Shown piece after piece: positions 52,200-64,000 of a stretch of 64,000 bases of DNA (position 1 is its first letter; every line of letters begins with the position of its first letter). The DNA is from the human T2T-CHM13v2.0 reference genome, Homo sapiens: NCBI RefSeq assembly GCF_009914755.1, contig NC_060936.1. One strand, 5' to 3'. A program made the translations under genes and the position numbers. The notes below the pieces were generated by a model. The model saw nothing but the letters and a program-made list of their open reading frames with translations. It was not told the DNA's origin and ran no database searches.

Positions 52200-52653
52200 T
52201 GGTGTTAGTATCCTGGGACTGTCATAACTGCATGGCTTAAATAACAGAAATGTATTATTTTATACTTTTGAGGGCCAGAGGTCCAAATAAAAATGTTGGC
52301 AGGGTCCTTTTTCTAGAGCCTCTGAGGGAGAATTTATTTCATGTCTTTCCTGTAGCTTCTGGTGGGTGCTGGCAATCCTTGCATTTCTTTGCTTGTGGCC
52401 ATCCTTCAATCTCTGTCTTGGTCTTTATGTGGAATTTTAGAAGGGTTTGTTTCAATTCTTCCTCTCTTTTCTCTCATAAGAATATCAATCATTGAATTTA
52501 GGGCTAACCCTAAATCCAGGATGACTTCATCCCAAGGTTATTACCATAATTATATCTTCAATAAACACTATTTCCAAATAAAGTCACATTTACAGATGCA
52601 GAGATTAGAATTGGGGTAAATATTTTCGGAGGAACACTGTCCAACTCACTACA
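52200..52653 (-). mobile_element. MLT1D/E-like solo LTR
   Basis: TGGCTTAAATAACAGAAATG...TAGCTTCTGGTGGGTGCTGGCAATCCTTG...CCAAATAAAGTCACATT...CACTACA. Confidence 0.8.
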
Positions 52654-52790
52654 GCTACTTAAAACAAAAATGAGAATAATTAATTTTTGTGTTTATTATG
52701 TATATAGATGTAAAATGTGCAACAATAGCAAAAATAATGAAATAAGGAGACGGAAGTATGCCATTGAATGACGTTTTAATATTATGCATA

Positions 52791-53088
<298 letters not shown>

Positions 53089-53329
53089 AATCCATAAACT
53101 CTTATTTTTTGAAAGTATACCCTCATAAATAAAAGATGCATTTTATAAATTCCAGGTCATGCAATACAAAATTAAGTAAATACATATAGCTAATAATCCA
53201 ATAGAGGTAAATAAATAATTTTAAGAATACACATTCCAAGAAAAAAAAGGAAGTCAGGAAAGGTTAAAAAAAAAAAGAGAGAGAAAAAGAAAAAAAGCAA
53301 AGAACAGGCGAGGTAAATAAAAAAAATAC

Positions 53330-54404
<1,075 letters not shown>

Positions 54405-54405
<1 letters not shown>

Positions 54406-54860
54406 CACTCTTCCGTGAGTTTCCTGTACTTGTAGATGTCTTGCTGCATAAACCAAGAATGAAAGGCCCTGACCACTCTTTACCTGGACAATTTCTCAGG
54501 CTTGCATTTGTAGTGAGCAATTTGGAAAAATAAAGTCATGTCTCTGGAACAAAAAGTAAGCTTTTGTACTGCTTTCTGTAAAAGTAGTGGATCCCCCAAA
54601 CTTAGCATTTTTCTTCTGCTGCACTAATCGACTACATGCATAGCATCTCTTGGGGTCCCTTCATACAATTTCCATGGGATTTGGAGACCAGGGAAACTGA
54701 TGCACACAAACTGACATTTATGTTAATTGTTATGCCTTGAGTAATAAGGCACAGGACTCTAAACCAGGAGTCTCGTATTTTCTGCTAGCATCCATGAAGC
54801 CATCATTAACTAACTTATTTAGCTTCTAAGGAAAGTAAAATGAAACCTCAGCCCTGGACA
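54405..54860 (+). mobile_element. LTR40-like (ERVL) solo LTR
   Basis: GAGTAATAA...CCAGGAGTCTCGTATTTTCTGCTAGCATCCATGAA 3' motif. Confidence 0.65.
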
Positions 54861-55486
54861 AAATCAAAACGTTTTATAAAATTCTAAAATCTAAGTTTTT
54901 AAAAAAATTTTCAGGATAAAGAATGTGATTATTCTTCTTCTAAAGATATCTATCTGAGCAGCCAGAATCTCCCTGCCTACTTTCCTTCTATAGTTACTAT
55001 TTGTTGTGTATGTCTCAGGAAATAACAAAACTTTATGAAAACTATTTTCTGAATGAAAAGTTAATTTAATGGACTTTGTATAGACTTTATAGTATTTTAG
55101 AGGGTACTTTGAAGTTGAGGATAAATTGGTAAGGCATTCAGTGTCTTTTTACATTGTTATGTAATGTTACTTCTCTTTTTCAGTGGGTCCAGTTTCTTTT
55201 CCTCAAAGAGGCACGTGTCATCAATATATAAGCAAATTCATTAAGTTTGCTAGTATGCCTAGAATTGCAGCCTCCTATGGGTTTTATACACACTCAGTAA
55301 CTCCAGGTTATTTTGTGACAGTGGGTTTAGCTATGCATAATCCTGCAACATGAAGTGCTATTGCAGGTGGAAGTCTGAAGTAACGTTTAAATGATTTATA
55401 TGAATGTTAAACATGATTTCTGACAGGAAGAGAAAAAGACAGAGAAAGTGATTTCTTCCTTTTGTTATTAAAATATGGCACCATTA

Positions 55487-55826
<340 letters not shown>

Positions 55827-55947
55827 TTACACTTTTAGTGGCATTCAGGATGAGGAAATAATTTATGTAAAATATTTAAAAATTATAAAACAAAACTACC
55901 TTAGCAAAGATAATTGAGAGAGAGGTTTACATAAGAACCATTTCATT

Positions 55948-56239
55948 GGCTGAGTCTGGTGGCTCAAGTCTGTAATCCCAGCACTTTGGGAGGCCGAGGC
56001 AGGCAGATCACGAGGTCAGGAGGTCGAGATCATCTTGGCAAACATGGTGAAACCCAGGTTCTACCAAAAATACAAAAATTAGCCAGGTGTGGTGCTGCGT
56101 GCCTGAAATCCCAGCCACTCCAGATGCTGAGGCAGGAGAATCGCTTGAATCAGGGAGTCAGAGGTTGCAGTGAGCCGAGATCGTACCACTGCACTCCAGC
56201 CTGGTGACAGAGCGAGACTCTGTCTCAAAAAAAAAAAAA
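55948..56239 (+). mobile_element. AluS (Sc-like) element
   Basis: GATCACGAGGTCAGG; TSD AAGAACCATTTCA. Confidence 0.93.
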
Positions 56240-56653
56240 GAACCATTTCACCATTTCATTAAATTATATAAGGCAGTAATTTTTCATTATGAAAATTAAG
56301 TGTTTTAAATATATTGTTATTTAAGATGACTTTCAAGCATCTTATTAAAATATTTTAAGAAATATTTCTCAATACGCATTATTGAGGTGAGAATTTAACT
56401 TAAACCTTAGCTAAGAAATATTTTTCTTATGAATGCAGATTAAAAGTAGTTTTTAATTGATTTAAAAAATTGGCCCCATTTAAAAAAATCTAATCCTTTT
56501 ATTTTTCAACTTAGTAGAGGTACACAAAATTGAATTCAATTGTTAAAGGTCAGAAGTAAACATTTCTTTGTATTTGAATAGGCTGCTTTATCTGTTAATT
56601 TGCAAATATAATGGAAGAGACACCTACCATAGTCAGGATTTATCATTCAGAAC

Positions 56654-56725
56654 GTGTTCATTAAAGGTGTAACACTTAATCTGACCTAACACCATCAGAG
56701 TAAGTGTTACACCATTAAAGGGCAC
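56654..56725 (+). other. Isolated 72-nt stem-loop with pre-miRNA-like geometry
   Basis: Arms 56661-56684 and 56695-56718 are complementary at 22 of 24 positions around a 10-nt loop; outer GTGTTC/GGGCAC pairs via G:U on the + strand. Confidence 0.6.
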
Positions 56726-56732
56726 TTTATAT

Positions 56733-57162
56733 AGTGATTAAAAAAAAAAAAACTTCAGCGAAATTAAATTTAAAGGAGTTTAATTGAGCAATGAGTGATT
56801 TGTGAATCAGGCAGCCCCCAGAATCACAGCGGATTCACAGAACAGAGACTCCAGAGATGCCTCATGGGCAAAACAGATTTATAGACAAAAAAGGTAAAGT
56901 GACGTACAGGAATCGGAAGTGATGTATAGAAACAGTGAGATTGGTTACAATTCTGTGGTTGCCTCATTTGAATGCAGTTTGAAAATTCACCAGTCTATGA
57001 GTGGTTGAAGTATGGCAGCTGTGATTGGCCAACACTCAGCTATTGTTACAGGTGCATGCTAAGAAGTTAGGTTTTCAATTTTGTCTATTAAGCTAGGTTA
57101 CACAAGGACTCAAATATAGAAGTACGGAGTCCTTATCAGGCCACATTTAGTTTGCTTTAACA
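56733..57162 (-). mobile_element. MER57-type solo LTR (ERV1)
   Basis: Reverse complement starts TGTTAAAGCAAACTAAATGTGGCCTGA; TTTAATTGAGCAATGA...GGCAGCCCCCAGAATCACAG. Confidence 0.85.
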
Positions 57163-57224
57163 ATAAGATACAGACTCATGCTTATACGTAATTGTATAAA
57201 AAATAAAAAAAAAAAGGGTATTAG

Positions 57225-57762
57225 TGAGAAGTGAAGCCAGCTGAGCTTCTGGGTCCAGTGGGGACTTGGAGACCTTTTCTGTCTAGCTATAGGATTATAA
57301 ACACACCAATCAGTACTCTGTAAAATGAACCAATCAGCACTCTGTAAAAACGAACTAATCAGCACTCTGTAAAATGGACCAATCAGTGCTCTGCAAAATG
57401 GACCAATCAGCAGGATGTGGGCGGGGCCAAATAAGGGAACAAAAGCTGGCCACCAGCAGCAACAGTGGCAATCCGCTGAGGTCCCCTTCGCTGTTGTGGG
57501 AGCTTTGTTCTTTCGCTCTTCCTAATAAATCTTGCTGCGGCTCACTCTTTGGGTCCTTATTACCTTTAAGAGCTGTAACACTCACTAGGAAGGTCTGCAG
57601 TTTCAGTCCTGAAGTCAGTGAGACCACGAACCCACTGGGAGAAATAAACAACTCCAGATGCGCCAACTTTAAGAGCTGTAACACTCACCACGAGGGTCAG
57701 TGGCTTCATTCTTGAAGTCAGTGAGATCAGGAACCCTCCGGAAGGAACCAATTCCGGACACA
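57225..57762 (+). mobile_element. LTR12 (ERV9) short solo LTR
   Basis: TGAGAAGTGAAGCCAGCTG start; tandem CCAATCAGCACTCTGTAAAA units; GC box; AATAAA; ends TCCGGACACA; flanks TTAG/ATAG. Confidence 0.93.
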
Positions 57763-58034
57763 ATAGCATTTACTTTTCTAATAGATAATTTGCCTGCTAT
57801 GTTGTGTATGCCTAACTCACTTTGAATTTGAAGGCATAACTATTTCCAAAAGAAACCAATGTAAAGATTTTTCTGCAAATATAGGTTCTTTGTAATTTGA
57901 AAGTGTTTCATAAAACAGTTGTTAAGAAGCCTACATATTCCATGAGATTTTAAAAAATTTATGTACTATACCAGATGTGAATGTTAGTTTTATCTATATA
58001 CATAGCTTCCGATTTTTTTCCCCTAAAATAATAT

Positions 58035-58669
58035 TGATACAACTCTGATGAGTGGAGAAACACCAGGTTCTTCATCTCCAGGCGAATTAGAAAAAACAAT
58101 ATGGACACACGTGGAGTAGTTTTAAGGAGCAGGGAGTTTAATAGGCAAGAAAGAAGGGGGAAGACAAAAAGAAGAACCTGCCCAGGAACAGAGAGGGAGG
58201 AGGACTCCAAAGCTGAGAGACAGAAGCCCACCTGCTACGGATACCAGCCAGGTATATATGTAGTGGTTGGAGGAGGCGGGGTCTGATTCGCATATGGCTC
58301 AGGAGATTGGTTTGACTAGGCATGTCATTCACGTAGCCAGTGAAAAAGCTGGCCCACCCACCGCAGTCTTTTAATACGCAAATGCAGGTCGCCATGATGT
58401 TCTCCACACGTGGGGATACCTGGGGGATACATGGAGGCAGCCACGTTGCCAGTAACGTGTAGGGCAAAGGCAAGAAAGCCATGGGAATTGCGATGTTGGG
58501 TGGACCCAGTTTCTAACGCCTGGTATTTGCATATTAAAAGTTGCTGGCCTGACTCTAAGAGCTGGGGCTTTACAAGAAACTTTACTGGAGGTGCTTTAAA
58601 AAATGAAAACTTCCCAAGGACCCCTTTTCCTTTCTATCTGCCTAAAATACTTTCTTAATAACTCCTACA
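58035..58669 (-). mobile_element. ERV1 solo LTR (LTR9-like)
   Basis: Reverse complement starts TGTAGGAGTTATTAAGAAAGTATTTTAGGCAGATAG and ends GTATCA; ATAATAT on both flanks; subfamily uncertain. Confidence 0.75.
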
Positions 58670-59059
58670 ATAATATTAATCAAGATTACCTTTAGGTCAT
58701 TTTTCATGCTTTGTAGGAAAAACAGGTGCATGCTGATTCACCATATTGCTCTTGCTTATTTAGCTAGTGGGCTGTATCATAGCACTTATTCAGATTACAT
58801 GAATATGGGAAAAAAATAGAAATGAATGCATCTGTTCTTCTGTCAGATCATTGGTATATTAATTGAATTAATTAGTAATAAAACTTGGTTATGATTTAAT
58901 TGTTGTTATTGTTATCCTCAGTATACCACTGACTTCAAGTTTCTCCAGCAGTGAACTGTATTACTTTGAATTTAGTGTAGGGCTTGTAGTGCTGCGAGTG
59001 TTTTCTCAGTGTCCCTACTTTACTTCAGTTATCAATAGTATCTTCATGCCTATATCAGC

Positions 59060-59829
<770 letters not shown>

Positions 59830-59839
59830 TGAACTTCTT

Positions 59840-60810
59840 TATTTCTTTACATACTTTATGCCCTTGCCCTTCTCCCAGCATTAAACTGCTGTTGCTTGTT
59901 AGGGGCTGCTAAGCTTATTGCAGTAGCAGAGAGAGTATTTTGTTGTTGTTGTTGTTGTTTGTTCGTTTTTGCCAAGATCTAGCTCCAGCACTGCTGCCCT
60001 TCCTCTCCGGGGAAGCCAAACAGTACCTTGTATTATTTCTGGTTGATTTTGGGCAGGGGAGTCTCCTATTCCTGCCTCAGTGGTAGTAGATCACAGTTTG
60101 TTATTGTTGTATGATTCTTTACCCAAGAGAGTTTCTTGGCCTTTCAGCCAATGAAAATATGTATTTATCTTCAGCTCTTCAGTTTCACTGGGTTTTTTGC
60201 AATGTCTTGAGAGCCAGAGGCTTTTCCCTACCGGAGAGGCAATTTTGTTTCTGCTCTTCCATAGAAGCAGTGGCTCTTTGCATATTATCTGGTGGCAAAA
60301 GAATTAGTTGCCTTCCTCCAGGGCTTAGGATTTTTGCATAAGAAGGAAGTATCCATTGAAGTGGGCAGGTTTCCTGTTCCTGAATCCCCACAGCAGACAA
60401 ATGCTATTTGCACATTTGCAACACTAAAAGAAGCTTTTCCTGTTCTTTTGTATTACCTTCAACTTTCTAGTGAGCACCTAGTTGCAAACTCCCCTTATGT
60501 CTGGGAATCTCAGCTATTGAGAATCGACATTTTCATGCAAACTTGGCCTTTAATAATTTGTTTAATTTTTAGCTGATTTTTTTCTTTCATGGGCATGTAG
60601 TGGTCATCTCTTTCTCCCATGTCCTACAGAAGGTTAATGTGTCTATATTTCCTTTTGGAGCTCCATTTTCCTGGTTGCTTTCTGTTCTCTTCTCTCTGAT
60701 GGATTCACAAAAAGTTATGATTTGTGTACATTATCCAGATTCTTCTCATTTTTCAATTGAGTGCAACATTATTTAATAGATTTCTACAATTCTAAATGGA
60801 AGCATTTTCT
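59840..60810 (-). mobile_element. Probable old L1M 5'UTR relic, possibly continuing at about 58700-59060
   Basis: ACTTGGCCTTTAATAATTTG...TTTAGCTGATTT and AAAAGTTATGATTTG...TTTCTACAATTCTAAATGGAAG resemble reversed L1M 5' ends. Confidence 0.45.
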
Positions 60811-61139
60811 AATATTTTTAAAATTGATAACTGTATATAAATAGTTGCATTTGAGTGATCAAGAGTAGTAGCTAGAGTATTTCCATTTATACCTCACTTC
60901 CACAAGTTATATACAGATTAATTCCAGCATAAAGAAGGCTATTTCCAAACCTCTTAATGCAGAGTTTAATTTAACATTGTTTTAAGTATTTAGTGAAGCA
61001 AATAGCTACTTCAGTATGTGTCTATCAACCTAAAAACATAATGAAAAAGTAAGTACTGAATATAGTAGCTCGTCTTTTGTTCTTTATATTAATTACCTGA
61101 ATAATGTAAATCAGGTAATGTTATACACAGATGGGTATT

Positions 61140-62100
61140 TTCTAGGTTTTCTTCTAGGATTTTTATAGGTTGAGGTCTTACTTTTAAATTGAGTAAATTT
61201 TTGAGTTAATTTTTGTATATGATGATAGGTAGAAGTCCAATTTCATTCTTATGCATGTCGATAGCCAAGTAATTCTGATGCCATTTATTGAATAGGGAGC
61301 ACTTTCCCCATTGCTTATTTTTGTCAACTTTTTTGAATATCAGATGGTTGCAGGAGTGTGGCTTTATTTCTGGATTCTTTCTTCTGTTCCTTTGGTCTAT
61401 GTGCCTATTTTTGTACCACTGCTATGCCGTTATGGTTACTGTAGACTCATAGTATAGTTTGATATAAGGTAATGGGATGCTTCCGGATTTATTCTTTTTG
61501 CTTAGATTGCTTTGGCTATTTGGGCTCCTTTTTCTTTCCATATGAATTTAGAATAGTGTTTTCCAGTTTCTAAAAACTGACATTGATAGTTTGAAGGAAT
61601 AGCATGAATCTGCAGATTGCTTTGGTCAATATGGACATTTTAACAATATTGACTCCTTCAATACCTGAGCTTGGAATGTTTTCCCATTTGTTTGTTTCAT
61701 CGATGATTTCTTTCACTAGTGTTTTGTAGTTCTCCTTGTAGCGTTCTTTCATCTCCTTGGTGAGATGTATTCCTAAGGTTTTTGTTGTTTGTTTGTTTTC
61801 TGGTGGTGACTATTGTAAATGGGATTGGGATTGTGTTATTGATTTCGCTCTCAGTTTAAATGTGATTGGTGTATAGAAATGCAACTGTTTTTTTAATGTT
61901 TATTTTGTATTCTGAAAATTTATTGAAATTGTTTGTCAGTTTCTAGGAGCCTTTTGATGGAGTCTTTAGGGTTTTCTAGGTATAGAATCACAACATCAGC
62001 AAAGAGATAGTTTAACTTCTCTTCCTATTTGGATACCTTTTATTTCTTTCTCTTGCCTGATTGTTCTGGCTAGGACTTCCAGTACTATGTTGAATAGGAG
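61140..62100 (-). mobile_element. L1P ORF2 fragment
   Basis: ORF 61570-61752 contains [25 protein letters not shown]...NIVKMSIL. Confidence 0.9.
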
Positions 62101-63185
62101 TCCTCTCCAATGTCTTAAACATTCTTAAACCATTGAAATAAGGTTAAAATTAACTCTTAGAAATGTTTGAACAGAAAAGTAAATAAACATAGATAGATTT
62201 GAGGAATGTGTAGGAGAACCAAGAAGGTCACACAAACCTTATTGTATGGGGCAGGGGTGGAGGTGGTGATGGTTATGGAATGAGGAGCTCCAGTAACTCT
62301 GGAGACCTGTCTTTTCAATTTCCTACAAGGAGAGTCATTGTCCATTCTGAGGTACAAACCCACCTATTCCAGAACACTTGTATCATAACACATGCCTTTG
62401 TAATTAGCAAGAATGAGATTATATTTAGTAGATTTTAAGAAAAGGATAAACTATTGTCTTTTAATTATGTTGAAAAATAGACTGTACTTGGTAAGTTAAT
62501 GAAAAATAAATATTCTTATTCTAGAAAATGGTGCAGTAAATAAATTTTACGATAATTCTAAAACAGACACATTTCTCCTACTCTTAGGATTATAATATCC
62601 ATTATTGAAATTAAAAATTACAAATAGTTGATTCCTGTTGTGACAAACGAGCTAGAAGAGAATTACTTCTAGCTAGAAGAGTTTTTCTAGTTTTTTATAT
62701 AACCTAACAGAAAAACCCCAAAGGCTTGATGGGAGGATAATAAATATGAATAAAACGTGTAAATCAAACACAAACATTTAAAATATATATTTGTGGGAAA
62801 AGAAAGCTAGAAAGATAATAATTCATTGAGTGAAATTAGTACCTTCATGTTTGCCTGGCTTATTATTTGCATTATATTGCCATCTGGAGGTAAAAGTAGG
62901 TGTTGCTATCAGAAAGCCTGTATAAGATCAGATACATAAATTTACTACAAGAGATAAGAAAATAACATATGTTGTTATTTTAAGTCCAGGATCCTATAAA
63001 CCATATTTTAAGACTGAAAGGAGGATTAACTCCTTAGGCATAAAACAGTGGAGCTACAATCAAGAACCTCAATTAGTCTATCTGGTATTTCAATTTACTG
63101 ATTCTCTAGTGATGCTCAGCGCTTTCTGTGTGTTCACAGGCTGAAAACACAGGAAAGTCACACTTAGAATGATTAGGAAATGGTT

Positions 63186-63708
63186 GTGTTAGGGTTCTCT
63201 AGAGAAAGTGAATCAAGAGAACTTGTATATCATATATAGATTAATAAGAGAAGATTTATTGTGGAAATTGGCTCACATGATTATGGAGGTCAAGAAGCCC
63301 CACAGTATGCCATCTACAAGCTGGAGAGCAAGAAAAGTTGGTAGTGTTACTCAGCCCGAGTCCATAGGCCTGAGAATAGGAGCAGAGGTGGAGGTTGGGG
63401 GATCTTTGTGAGTCTTGGAGCCCAAAGGCTCAAAAACCAGGAGTTCTGATGTCTGAGGGCAAGAGAAAACAGATGTTCCCCTTAAGAAAAAAACAAATTT
63501 CCCCTTTGCCTTTTTGTTCCAACTAGGGTCTCAACAGGTTGAATGATGCCCAACCACATTGTCGAGGGTGATGTTCTTTACTCAGTCTACTGATTCAAAT
63601 GCTAATCTCTTCTGCAAACAGCATCATGGGCACACCCAGAAATAATGTTTTACCAGCTATCTGGATATCCCTTAATCCAGTCAAGTTAACATAAAATCAA
63701 TCATCACA
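63186..63708 (-). mobile_element. MLT2B/C-type solo LTR (ERVL)
   Basis: TGTGTTAGGGTTCTCTAGAGAAA...AATTGGCTCACATGATTATGGAGG...CCAGTCAAGTTAACATAAAATCAATCATCACA. Confidence 0.88.
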
Positions 63709-64000
63709 ATGGTTATTCTATTTTAAGGCTTCATAATTGAGCTAACCCCATGAAATTCCTATTTCTAAAAAAAAAAAGAAAAGAAAAAAATTCTTTTTTA
63801 TATGACTTTTCCAAGGTATTGTGCAGTTGCATAATAACACAAACTCTGTTGGATATGTTAATAAGAAATAGTTTATTAAACTTTGAATTGCCTCCTTTCT
63901 TAAGAAAATAATCAAGAAATAAGGCATTTTAATGATCAAAGTCTGTTTTTGTGTTAAACCTTGTTTTAGAAAGTAAAATCTTTACATCCATATGTGAATA

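Overview
AT-rich primate genomic DNA, probably catarrhine (human or ape) given AluJ/AluS, L1PA/PB/MA, HERV-L, LTR2 and LTR12. There is no CpG island and no intact protein-coding gene. Most of the window is transposable elements, and nearly all ORF-track entries are Alu, L1 or ERV-L fragments or chance ORFs. The main non-repeat discovery is a heavily decayed, intronless, minus-strand coding relic at about 26050-27371. Across frameshifts it reads colinearly like an MGAT4C-type N-acetylglucosaminyltransferase (GT54), so it is a candidate lost gene. Other notable structure: a divergent pair of CTCF core motifs (31.4 and 34.8 kb); a four-level nested insertion ending in an internally deleted HERV-L; an L1PB with an internal deletion and three local rearrangements; a 125-bp dispersed duplication; a pre-miRNA-like hairpin; and an LTR cluster at 54-59.5 kb. 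Repeat family names and reference protein motifs are recalled from memory and not confirmed by search. Boundaries without a stated TSD are approximate.
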